Shown here one piece after another: positions 9,942 through 20,590 of a DNA stretch of 38,289 nt. Below the pieces are notes generated by a model. The model made no database searches. It was not told the DNA's origin and saw only the letters and a program-made list of their open reading frames with translations. Position numbers and translations under genes: made by a program. The DNA comes from Nemertoderma westbladi. Its lineage: Eukaryota; Animalia; Xenacoelomorpha. Where the stretch lies: the NCBI GenBank assembly GCA_032718475.1, contig JAUCBJ010004779.1, forward strand, positions 1-38,289, written 5' to 3'. Within the stretch, counting starts at the first letter, position 1, and each line of letters begins with the position of its first letter.

Positions 9942-11363
9942 TTATGTTATGGAGTCCCTAGATATTTGTCGGATTAGGGAAGTGGTCGTAGGAAGAGTAT
10001 CTTGCCTTCCATAGTTTCCGGACAGTTTTCGGTTTCTTTCCAGTAAACATAAACGACCAACTGGGCGATTAGGCTGTCGTGTTACTTCCTCCGCTCCCTT
10101 GGCCTGTCTACTCTCCGCAGTGGTAAGATGAGGAGGCCATTCATCTTCTTCTTTACTTAGGGAGTCGGGTCCACCTAACCAGCCTGGAGTATCTATCAGT
10201 TCTTGAGGAGTTGCTCCTCTGGAAGCGATGTCGGCTGGATTAATCGTCCCAAGGCAATGTCTCCATTGATCTACATTGGAGTTAATATCGTCATTATCTG
10301 AGGAGTATGGTGTTCCCTCAGTTGGATCGTCCACATCACTGCTCTCCACTTCCCCCTTTACTTGGTATACCTGTTGTTGAGGTAATCTCTCTTTGAGAGT
10401 TCTGCGGGAAGGGCCAGTGAAGTACCAACCTACTCTAGTTCTTACCGCATAGGTTTGTAGTGGCTGCGGTTGAGCAGGCCGTTTCTCCAATGTCTCGAGC
10501 GCCTCATGCGCGTTTTGGCCGATGAGGATTTGCACTCCAGGATAATCGGTTTGGAATCGAGGTATCTCAAGATGTTGGATGCACTCGTCCTCGTCCCAGT
10601 TATAAGGTTCTGCTTGAGTAGTAGCAAAGTTCTTTATAGCCACCATTTTTACTGACCTTATACCTTGTGTTCCTAACTTATCCTGGGGGGTGGACAACAC
10701 ACCTACATAGTAATCTGCCGTTAGGGTAGATTTCCAAACCTGCATAATTCCTGACATATTCAATTTAGTCCGGAACTTGGGTTGTCCAGCAAAGATATCT
10801 TCGGCTAGTTCTTGATCGATGAATGTTCCTGTGCTGCCGGAGTCAAGTAGGGCGTTCACTATGTAACTCTTGTTGGGACCATGAACTCGAACTTGCACTA
10901 CAGGAAATTCTCTTATTCCTATGTTGGAAGTTGGAACTTTCCAAGATGGTTGTTTGTCAAAAGGAGTTGGAGTAAACTCGTCAGTGTCCTTTTCATCCGT
11001 AAGTGCTCGATACACTGTGGTATTTATTAGGTAACAGGATTCGTTGGCGTCGGAGAATTCGTCCGTATAGAATCCTTCCCACTCAGAACTTTGGTCAGTG
11101 TCGTTCACATCACTGAATTGGACATGTGATTTGGGCTCACTTACCTGACTCGGGCTGTTTCGTTCGAATTCACTTTGTAACAAGATGTGATGTTTCGCAC
11201 CGCACTTTGCACACTTTATGTCGGAGTAACAGGTTCGCCGCTGGTGTCCGCGTCTGAGGCAATTATAGCATAACCGCTTGTCCCACACAACTGTACGTCT
11301 GTCTACAAGGGATTTCTTTAGGAATTCCGCACACACACCTAAACGGTGGGGCCCATCGCACAT
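9942..11363 (-). CDS. pol: BEL/Pao Cys-His boxes, aspartic protease, RNase H tail and polyprotein C-terminus (RT and IN deleted in frame)
   Basis: CDGPHRLGVC..CYNCLRRGHQRRTC..CAKCGAKHHILL; ALLDSGSTGTFI..ILIG; WRHCLGTINPADIASRG..WLGGP..WP; RPVGRLCLLE. No YxDD RT motif and no DDE integrase core. Confidence 0.85.
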   Translation of the reverse strand: MCDGPHRLGVCAEFLKKSLVDRRTVVWDKRLCYNCLRRGHQRRTCYSDIKCAKCGAKHHILLQSEFERNSPSQVSEPKSHVQFSDVNDTDQSSEWEGFYTDEFSDANESCYLINTTVYRALTDEKDTDEFTPTPFDKQPSWKVPTSNIGIREFPVVQVRVHGPNKSYIVNALLDSGSTGTFIDQELAEDIFAGQPKFRTKLNMSGIMQVWKSTLTADYYVGVLSTPQDKLGTQGIRSVKMVAIKNFATTQAEPYNWDEDECIQHLEIPRFQTDYPGVQILIGQNAHEALETLEKRPAQPQPLQTYAVRTRVGWYFTGPSRRTLKERLPQQQVYQVKGEVESSDVDDPTEGTPYSSDNDDINSNVDQWRHCLGTINPADIASRGATPQELIDTPGWLGGPDSLSKEEDEWPPHLTTAESRQAKGAEEVTRQPNRPVGRLCLLERNRKLSGNYGRQDTLPTTTSLIRQISRDSIT

Positions 11364-13795
11364 TTTGGTTTAATGTTACTCACTTTACCTTGGGTGACGT
11401 TATGCACTCTAGTTCTTTCTTCGGGCTTTCTTCCGTGTACTCTGTTAGGAAACTGAAGAGGAGTCTTAGCAACCTGTTCTCTCCTGTCATGGGTTCGAGC
11501 TTTAGATTTACTTACGTTCTTTGAGGTCTTGTTAACATAGTAAAATTTCTCGGTGTCTTTCTCGCTGTCTTCTTCTTGAGAAGCTTGGCTTTCGCCGTCA
11601 TCAGTATAACACACCGGTGTTACTCTTCTCCTAGAAACGGGTTTCTCACTTACCTTATTTTCCAGTGTTTTCTCTCTGGATTGCTTTAGGAGTTGTAATT
11701 TCACTTCGCCATCCAAGAATGACATGAGATCAGCCATGGTAGGGTCTCGTTGTTGTTGTTCCATCGTATATAACACCTTCTTGTCCCAGCGTGTACCTAC
11801 TCCACCCTTGGGCAAAGTAGATGCTAAGGCTCCTACAACCATAGAATTCTGGTATTCATGAGACTTACCTAACCAATCTAGTTGTCTACAGATCTCCTGA
11901 ATCTCATCGGAAAACTCTATAATCCCGCTGCTAAGAAACTTTCGGGGGGCCATTAATTTCGCATATAAATACCTAGCTATGTTATTCCTATTACCATACC
12001 TGATGTTTAGTGTATCCCAAACTTGTCTTAATCCATCTGGATGTCCAATAAATTTTAACGCCATTGACTTGGGAGGTCCTTCCAAGCACTCGATGAGGAA
12101 TCTAAGTTTCTCTCCGTTGGATAACACAGAGTTCTGTATGTTATCTTTATAATATTCATTAAAAGGTAACCATTTCATCTCATCTCCATTAAACTTGACT
12201 ATCTCTCCAACCTTTACCGCTTGACGGGCTTCGGTTCTAGCCATTTGATGCGTAAAACTTTCTTGGGCCATCGTGTTATTGAATATCGAGTTATCGGTAT
12301 ATAAATTTCTCGGATTATTATCAGGTCTATTGGGAATGTCATTAACAACAGGCGTATAATCACCCTTAATAGGGTTTGCTATAGGAGTTTCTACTTCACT
12401 AGCAGTATAGATGCGTGTAGGCTCCACACCTTGCGCATGTAATGCTTCAGACCTAACAGGCTGACACACTGTTACAGGGGTTATTGGTATTCCCTTTTGT
12501 AGGTTGACTAATTTGTCGCATTCTAGTGCGATACTTTGCTGCACTTTTTGCAACTCTAACCTACTTTCCCTTACTGTTCCCTTGAGCTGCTGAACAGTCT
12601 CTTCCATTTCCCAGACTTGCTGAGAGGAGCACAAACAGTGTTCCCTCAGCTGCTCGAGCAGGAGACCCATCTCCCGTCGTCCCTCAGCTACCCACTCAAC
12701 CGCCGAAGCGGGAGTCGCCAACGTAGTAGCGGGCGAGCGAGAGACGACGGGCGATAAATTCTTGATCTCTCGCTCGGCGTCTAGGACGGGTTCGGACTCG
12801 GGAACAGTCCTACTGGGCACAGGTAGTTTAGTACTGTACAAAGGGAATTTATAGGCAGTTTCTGGGAGCACAGGTGTCTCTATCACCGAAGGGGTGATTT
12901 CAAGAACAGGCCTAATTATTTCAGGCTCATCTACTACAGTAGGGAGTCTTTCTACTGTAATAATTTGGTCTGTGGGTTCTGTACTACCTAAGTCTGTGCT
13001 AGCTAGTTGCCTCCTCCCAGCTGGGGGCAGATTAGGCAATTTCTGACGGTGAGGCATTCTTCTACGTCTGTTGGAACGAGATCTATTTCCTCCGCCTTCA
13101 GGATCAGTGGTATCGCCTTCATCAGGTGACGTAACGCTTACGTCCTTCTTCTGAGGTTTCTCTGCCGTCGCTTCGCCTTCCACTTGAGAAAAGACGGCGT
13201 CTGTTGATTCTCCTTGGGTCATGTGCTCGGTTAGCAGAGCTTTCCATCGAGTCGTTGATTGGACTTTAAGACTCACACGCCAGAACAAAGTCTTTACGGC
13301 GACCCGCAACGACGTATCTTGGCTTATCCTTGAGACTTTCTCATAGGCTGAAAGAATTAGTCTGATCCACAGAACTCGTTCGCGAACTTGATAAAGCAGC
13401 TCTTCCTGCTCCCGAGGTCCGTAAGGCCGCTGAAACAGCTGCTCCTCCAATCGCCGCAGAGAGCTGAAGAATCTCTGTGCATATTCTGCTACCGACCCCT
13501 TCCACACAGCCGAATCCCTAGTGTTCCATACCACCCCCATCCTGTACAAGTCCCCCCAGCCAGCCCCCGACAAGCCAAACGGGAGTCCGGGTCCGGGGAA
13601 ATTCCATTGCGTCTCGACAATAGACTTCAGTTCCTCCTTCGTGTATCCCGCATAACTATCCTTGGTAGATCGCTCACTTTTCGCCCAATCCATCCGGTGC
13701 TCCTCCACCGCAATCAATACCCTTTTGAGTACGGCTACAGGAAGGATGAGAAGGGGATCCGAACTATCTGACAGTGCCCGTTTTGTGTCAGACAT
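11339..13795 (-). CDS. gag: BEL/Pao Gag (DUF1759-like capsid region)
   Basis: 818-aa ORF with KFNGDEMKWLPFNEYY..LSNGEKLRFLIECLEG..WDTLNIRYGN, preceded by a coiled-coil-like segment. Confidence 0.9.
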   Translation of the reverse strand: MSDTKRALSDSSDPLLILPVAVLKRVLIAVEEHRMDWAKSERSTKDSYAGYTKEELKSIVETQWNFPGPGLPFGLSGAGWGDLYRMGVVWNTRDSAVWKGSVAEYAQRFFSSLRRLEEQLFQRPYGPREQEELLYQVRERVLWIRLILSAYEKVSRISQDTSLRVAVKTLFWRVSLKVQSTTRWKALLTEHMTQGESTDAVFSQVEGEATAEKPQKKDVSVTSPDEGDTTDPEGGGNRSRSNRRRRMPHRQKLPNLPPAGRRQLASTDLGSTEPTDQIITVERLPTVVDEPEIIRPVLEITPSVIETPVLPETAYKFPLYSTKLPVPSRTVPESEPVLDAEREIKNLSPVVSRSPATTLATPASAVEWVAEGRREMGLLLEQLREHCLCSSQQVWEMEETVQQLKGTVRESRLELQKVQQSIALECDKLVNLQKGIPITPVTVCQPVRSEALHAQGVEPTRIYTASEVETPIANPIKGDYTPVVNDIPNRPDNNPRNLYTDNSIFNNTMAQESFTHQMARTEARQAVKVGEIVKFNGDEMKWLPFNEYYKDNIQNSVLSNGEKLRFLIECLEGPPKSMALKFIGHPDGLRQVWDTLNIRYGNRNNIARYLYAKLMAPRKFLSSGIIEFSDEIQEICRQLDWLGKSHEYQNSMVVGALASTLPKGGVGTRWDKKVLYTMEQQQRDPTMADLMSFLDGEVKLQLLKQSREKTLENKVSEKPVSRRRVTPVCYTDDGESQASQEEDSEKDTEKFYYVNKTSKNVSKSKARTHDRREQVAKTPLQFPNRVHGRKPEERTRVHNVTQGKVSNIKPKCAMGPTV

Positions 13796-13869
13796 GTTTG
13801 ATTGTACAGTTGAATGCCTACTGCTATATTATAGTCAAAGCAAGTCTAGTAATTCAGTATCACTGTTAG

Positions 13870-14150
13870 CCTAGTACCGGTAATTAATTACAATATATTA
13901 GAATACCGGTATACACTTATAGTATATATAAGTATTGTAAACTAGGTTTGTCACAGAGTACCGGTATATAATTTTAGCACAAATATATATATATATAGTA
14001 GGCCTATCGTGAATACCGGTATACAGCTTACACTGATAGTATATATAAGTATAATTATGGACTAGAATTAATTACAGAGTACCGGTATGATTTCAGCTCA
14101 AATTTATAGAAATAAATATAATAAGCCTATGGTAAATACTGGTATGTCAA
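13870..14150. repeat. degenerate tandem repeats rich in TACCGGTA palindromes in the 5' leader
   Basis: GAATACCGGTATACA..TAGTATATATAAGTAT..ACAGAGTACCGGTAT occurs twice (~13900-13970 and ~14010-14090). Confidence 0.65.
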
Positions 14151-15721
14151 TTATTTTAGAATAATTGAATTTCTGAATATTTTAGGGTTACTTGGTTACT
14201 TTAACTTACTTTATTACCGTTATTTAAGCAGTAGTCCAACTGATATTGAGACCTAGTTGTTGTATGGCAGGCCTACTATTTATAAATCGTTTGAGTTGAT
14301 TTATAATATTTATATACCCGTTTAAATGGGTTTTTGTCAATATTTGAAATAAATGTTATTATTTCTGGGGGAGTCACTACACAGAAGCCGAACGCCTCTC
14401 AGTGAAGTGCTATTTATTTGACACTAAAACTGATAATTCTAATTTACCTAAGTTACTTAATACTACAAATTACTTACGATATGGGTGAGATTAATTCTCT
14501 AATTAAACACAACAAATATTACGTACGAAATTTTTAGGGTAATTTTACAGGAAGTCTACAAACCAGCCTAACAAAGGGTTAGAATTCTGGTTATTACAAC
14601 GGACAGGGTACTACGGTATTTGAAATAATAAGTAGTAGTAAATATATTGTACTGTCCAGATAGGAAAATACCACCGCCTGACGACCTATAACCGTATCGC
14701 TATAGGTACTACGTTATGTATCACGGATTGTTCCTACCCAGAAGCTAATAGAGCTAACGAATGTGCCTATCAACCACTTTACAACACAAATATACTGCCT
14801 ACACTAATTACTTCGGAAAGCACTGTACACTAAACCCTAAATTAGGTACAAGTACCGGTATAACAAATAATCAGTAGTTAAATATACTTGAACAGTTAAA
14901 AGAACCACGGCATCTGCTGGAGTGACCGAAGCACAAAATCTCCAGTCTTTACCTACGCCGAGCAGCCCTGATGTAGTACCGGAGTTAATTTAACTATAAC
15001 GGTATGTATAACAAGCACAATTACTGTAGGAATAAACTTGGGGACATGAATGTTGCGAATAATCGCATAAACTCTGAATAATAAATATTACGCTACCCGT
15101 ACAGAATACTCAAACAAATACAAACCAAACGCTGGCAAACTACTATCAAGCCTAAACAAACTACAGTATGTGCAGATTCTGAAACTGTTAGTTAGTATGC
15201 GTTCTAACACGGTAGTACGACTTATTCTTTAAGAGGGGATTGACCTTCAGCATATGGCTGCCCCAACTTACTAACGGCACTTTATCAGACCAACTCTACA
15301 CACGCAGTAATCTCTCCAAACTCAACAACAGCCAGACAGCAGCTCAGCCTACAATTATCTGAACAATCTGAGCAGGGTCACACGCCTTCTGCTCAATATT
15401 AGCCTACTAGTAAATAAAACCGACAGAAATAAGTAAACTATACAAAAGAATGAGGGGTGATCAATCCCTATTCCCCTGGCAGCCTACAATATACAATAGA
15501 TCACAATCGAAATAATACTAAATGTACTTGTACAGCAGTACCGGTACCGGTGATGACAGTTAGGCCTACTGACCTACAGAACAGCAGAAGTACCGGTTTA
15601 ACAGTTTTACCGGTCACTACGGTATTTTGCAACCTTATTGCTTACTGCAATAAGATCGTAACTGTTACTGTTCGCCAGAACAGTATTAAACTGTATTTAA
15701 TACCTACACTGCAATACAAGT

Positions 15722-15731
15722 TAACTGTTAC
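15722..15731 (-). promoter_or_regulatory. PBS position: GTAACAGTTA, not tRNA-like (no TGG), complementary to an LTR-internal site
   Basis: Directly abuts the 5' LTR; exact complement TAACTGTTAC at 16483-16474 and 6308-6299 on the minus strand. Confidence 0.55.
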
Positions 15732-16966
15732 TGTTCGCGCTTTTGAAGACCTTTAGCAGTTTAACCTGCCAAAATTTATATGTCTTTTAGTTAATTAACA
15801 CACCTTTAGCATACGACAATATTTTATGCTAATAAACAAAACATTAGCCGAAGCCAGCCCATGCGCGATCATTCACCCGATGGATCTACACCCGGGAGGC
15901 TGAATTCGGATGCTTAGATTTTATTATTGCAGTGTAAGGTTGCAGTGTAAACCTATTGTATTATTCGATAGATCACTAATATGTAATTTCTGACAGATAT
16001 TATTAACTTTCGGGAAATATTAACAGTTCCTTTAGGACGTGGCGCTCTATCTATTTAAACAGAGCTAGGACTTATACTAAACGCAACGATAAGGCTTATG
16101 ATTAAAGTATAAGTCGCATTCTTTAGGAAATGCTTTGTTACCAGTCACATCACACTCACAATCATGCACACTATTCTGCCGACCGTCAGTATATTTGATC
16201 ACACATAAAGAGAACAGCAATTGACTCAGGTAGTGTCTACTAAATAACATTAGATTCAATACACACCACATTGATATAAATCGCAATTGTTATATATAGC
16301 CCGCCTCTCTAACCTGTAGTGTATCAAGAAAAATTGGGAATTTTTGGTGATTTATCCGTATTCTCCAAAGAGCAATATTTCCATCAACAAATAGATACAA
16401 TTAATAACTGACGGTAAATAGCAGTACAAACAATATGATTAGTGCAGTTAAATTAAGTGAGGTAACACCGCCGGTAACAGTTATACTTTCTATAATCTAA
16501 GCAGTTTACTAGAGTTCTTCCCAAAAAGCCGGTGTTTCTGGCTTAGACAGCAATAACAACAAAGTATCAAGTAAAAACAGTAAGACTGAACACTCTCCTT
16601 ATGATCGGCCGAAAAGCTACACGTCGACAGGAAAAAACGCTCTGATTGGCTCAAGCCAAACAAAGAACCATGCATCCAATGGCTGTTTCCATGTCAGCAA
16701 CCAGCTGTTAGATGTCGTAATATGAATCATCACGGCTAAGCTGTGAAAGGTATTTGGTGCATTGCAGGTTTTTTGCCTTACCATGTCCGCTAAAACACGT
16801 ATATAGCAGAATGACTTTTATGTCCGTTAAAACACCTGTAACGGTACCTTGCGGGCGAGGGGAATATATATACAGTTAGAGAACCTTTTTAGAGTATTCC
16901 AGCGCCTGGGGGGAAACTGGATTGCGAAGCAAAAGGGGCCAGTTATATCCCACAGAAGCTTTTACA
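15732..16966 (-). repeat. 5' LTR (1235 bp)
   Basis: Direct repeat of 5558-6791. Minus-strand CCAAT (~16645), TATATATAA (16298-16290) and AATAAA (15925-15920). Confidence 0.95.
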
Positions 16967-17435
16967 ATACCGGTAGTATACTGCACAAAACTAAGACAAT
17001 AATATAACAAAATATATGGCATTTTGTCACCGCAAAAAATAAATAGAGGTAACGCAAAGAAATAATTAATTTATCAAAAATATGGTTGCGTTTCGGTGTC
17101 TGAAGACCACAGTACGCTGCTAGTCTCTGAAACTTCATCAGCTGGGTAAAAGAATTAGCCAATACCTATCTATACTGCACCCATGACCTTGTATAATCGC
17201 ATCAATCAACTCAGTTACCAATTTACCAATTATCCCCACAGACATCTGACCTTAGAACTTTGAACCCATAATCTTTGCCATAGTGATGCAATACAAAAGG
17301 CCCCAAAGTCAGTATGTTGCTAATAATTACTTTTGATGTATAACTGCCCGTCATGTCCATGAAAACGATAGATTCGAAAAAAACTCGAAGTTCAGCCTTG
17401 TTAATACGCGCCCAGAGTCAAAATGTTTATCCCAC

Positions 17436-18077
17436 CCAGCTCATCATAAATAGAATCAATTTCTTCCACAGATAGATAGCAGCTGTAATACCGTGCATGG
17501 GCAATGTATCCTGGGTAGATATTACCACCATTGACAAATCTCCCCAATGTAAGATCACCATACATATCCACTGGACTTCTTACAGTGTTAATGGTTTCTA
17601 CTTCTCTTCTAATATGATTAAGACTTCCAACACGTCGACTATAAATAAACTGTTGCAAATTAACTTTACTTCTTCCGATTGCAACCAGGTGCCATTCATC
17701 AAGCTGAATAGCATTATCAACTTGTTGTCCTGCAACACCAGTAACCACAGGATTGTACCATAATGATGTGATTGCGGGGTGACTCCAGAAATGTGAACCT
17801 CTCTCTTGGCTGGTTCCATATTCATATATTGGTCCATTACCTCCTCCACCTCCCCTCTTCACAAACATTACCATTGTGAATGTCTCAGAAGTTAATTGAT
17901 TGGGACCATGTGCGATCGATATATATCCATGAGCAGTACCCATTGCATGGTTTTCACTGCCTCCTGGCCCAGGACCATAGCGTGCAGCCCCATTAATGAT
18001 TCCAGTTAGATCTCCTTGCATATCTTTACCTCCATCATTTAGGTTTAAAGTCCACCAAGAGTCATAACCACATTGAT
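17436..18077 (-). CDS. exon encoding a LamG/concanavalin-A-like lectin domain (last copy in transcription order); 3' boundary uncertain, may read through to the stop at 17401
   Basis: TTTTAG acceptor at 18079-18078, phase 1. Motifs WWTL..GPGG..FTMVMFVK..GPIYEY..EWHLVAI..LTLG..YPGYI..YLSVEEI. Weak donor GTGGGA gives 642 bp. Confidence 0.8.
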
Positions 18078-18191
18078 CTAAAATGAAGATGTCCAATATT
18101 ATTAAAGTTTAACTAATACATAGTAATTTTGTAGAAAATACCGAGATACTCTACTTTTAGAGCATCTAAGCAACTTAATATAATTTGAATA

Positions 18192-18372
18192 AGCTACTAC
18201 TACTAGGATCGGCATGCTGCATTGCAGCTGCATTTTTAAGAATGCTGTGCCGGCCTATCGACAAAATTGCACCGCCACAACTCCCTATCACCCATGACAT
18301 TTGCTAGATCATCCGCATCTTCAAGGCCAGTGTCCTTTAAGATGCATCTCAAGAAAGTCATGGGCTGTCCAC
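18192..18372 (-). mobile_element. 3' end fragment of an RTE-clade LINE
   Basis: Homologous to 20591-20762, including the (TAG)n-like tail. Confidence 0.7.
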
Positions 18373-19282
18373 CATGCTATTTGAATAAGCACGAAGTAGG
18401 TACACATACACACTAGGTTTATATGTGAAGTTTCTGCTTACAAAATCATTAGAGAGAAAGACGCTTAGCACACCAGAAAGATTTACAATCTGGCATTGCC
18501 ACACTTTTATTTTCTCCCTTGAAGCATCACTTGCATCATCGATTAATCATTTAGGTCTTTAAAAGTTGTACTTAATTACAAAAGTAGTAGGTTCCATTGC
18601 CATATAAACTCATCTATAATAATGCAATCGTATCGTATCGTATCGTATCTAGTAGTAGTAGTAGGTCTTTAAAAGTTGTACTTAATTACAAAAGTAGTGG
18701 GCCACAAAAATTCAATAATAATGCAATCCACAATGGCAAGCCCAATGCAGCCAAAACATTACGAATGATATGCTGGCTTAAGATATATGATGATATAGGA
18801 TTCAGTGTTTCCCATCCACCCAAATTATTCTCCCACCCACACAATATACTGTCATTTTTCAATACTCTGAACTTATTTAAAATAGTGAAATATGTAGTTT
18901 ATGTAGTAATATTATAGTATTGGACCAGTATGGGTGGTCAGTATATTTTGGTATAGGTACATTATGTTATTAATATGCCTATACGTTATGTTTTCGGAAT
19001 ATTTTTATTCATTTTTATTTTTTTCATTACAAGTTTGCAATGTTTTATATTTTCACTTTTGTCTGTAGACCCGGTCAAGTATATTTTATTGTCTTTGATC
19101 CAAATTTCATGTCTCCAGAGAGATAAATTATAGACTATGTCGTAGAATACACCATGTACTTGAATACACTATCTTATTTCAGGTACATGTGCAAATGGAC
19201 ATATTCCAGATCATGGGTAAAAAACATTAGTATTGGTATTGAACAAACCCATATTATATTGGTGTTGATGTTCAAAACTAAC

Positions 19283-19945
19283 CATCATCTAATGCATGAA
19301 GCATTAGTTCTCCATAAGTTGAATCCAGTTCTTCAATTGATAGGTAGCAGCTATAGTATCTAGAATGACCAATATATCCAAGATAAGTATGCCCACCATG
19401 AAGACGTTTCCCCAAAGTAAGATCTCCAGTCATATCAACATCGCATTTTACCGTGTTCACGGTTTCAACCTCTTTTCGAGTTCTGATGTCATCATTACTT
19501 CCAACACGCCGACTGTAAATGAATTGTTGTCTATTCATCTCACTTCTTCCAATAGCAACCATATGCCATTCATCTAGAACCACGGCATTAGTAACTTCTT
19601 GTCCTGCGACACCAGAAACCATAGGTAGGTACCATAAGGAGGTGATTGCACCATAACTCCAGAAATGTGAACCAATAGCTGAACTAGTTCCTATCTCATA
19701 TATCGGTCCATGTGCTCCTCCTCCTCTCTTCACAAACATGACCATCGTGAAAGTCTCTGATGTCAATCCATCAAAATGTGGAATCTGTAAGAAACCATTT
19801 TGCACACCCATTGCTTGGTTTTCAATACCTCCTGGTCCTGGGCCATATTTTACATTGCCATGTATCTGTCCATTATTAGTTCCATGCTTATCAATATTAC
19901 CATCAGCATCATCCATTGTCCACCATGAATCATAAGCACATATAT
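19283..19945 (-). CDS. exon encoding a LamG/concanavalin-A-like lectin domain
   Basis: TTTTAG acceptor, GTTAGT donor, phase 1-1, 663 bp, open frame; paralogous to the other three exons. Confidence 0.88.
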
Positions 19946-20590
19946 CTAAAATATAGTAACCAATAGCTTTAGATAGTATAAATTATATGGAAAATGTATA
20001 TAAAATATGAAATATATGGAAATATAAATCAGGTTTTTCATCTTTGGTTATAACAAAAGTAATATAATTAAATACATTAATCGATATAGGGTTTGGTCTA
20101 CTCTATTATCGATCAACATATATTGATTAAAGACAATGAAATTAATCTAAATAGTATTTCTTTAAAGTGTGCCCTAGTATTATTATTGTCGTACATGAAA
20201 CAATTATTTATTTTTTATTATTTTGTTATATAAAGATTTAGTTATATGAGAGCTCAGAATCATACCCTGATTAAAAAAGATTGGAATAAATAGACTAAAA
20301 TTTATTAAATTTATTCCCTCTTCAGTTGCTTCGCCTGATGATATTACTTTTTGAAAAATTAGACATCAATTTTGCATTTTTGATATTGTTAATATGGGTA
20401 CAAAATATATCATTGCACTCAAAACAAAGTAAGGTGATTTTATTTAATTGCTCATTGAGAGTTTCACTTTGTTTTTGTTCAGTATTAGCATGGGAAAATG
20501 AAAGATACTATTGACTGAAGGTATATATAACAAATCATAAATATTATTAACAATAAACTTAAAATATACAGCACTGTAGTTAGATAAATT

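Larger units (their letters stand above)
5558..16966 (-). mobile_element. BEL/Pao LTR retrotransposon, non-autonomous (gag-PR plus accessory ORF; RT and IN deleted), recent insertion
   Basis: Two ~1.23-kb TG...CA LTRs differing at only three sites that I found; 5-bp TSD ATACC (5553-5557 and 16967-16971); BEL-type gag, triple Cys-His box, DSG protease and PPT. Confidence 0.95.

Noticed and set aside
18552-18698. 37-bp direct repeat around (ATCGT)n; similar ~55-bp duplication at 25513-25728
   Set aside because: Local duplications or repeat tails with no sign of function
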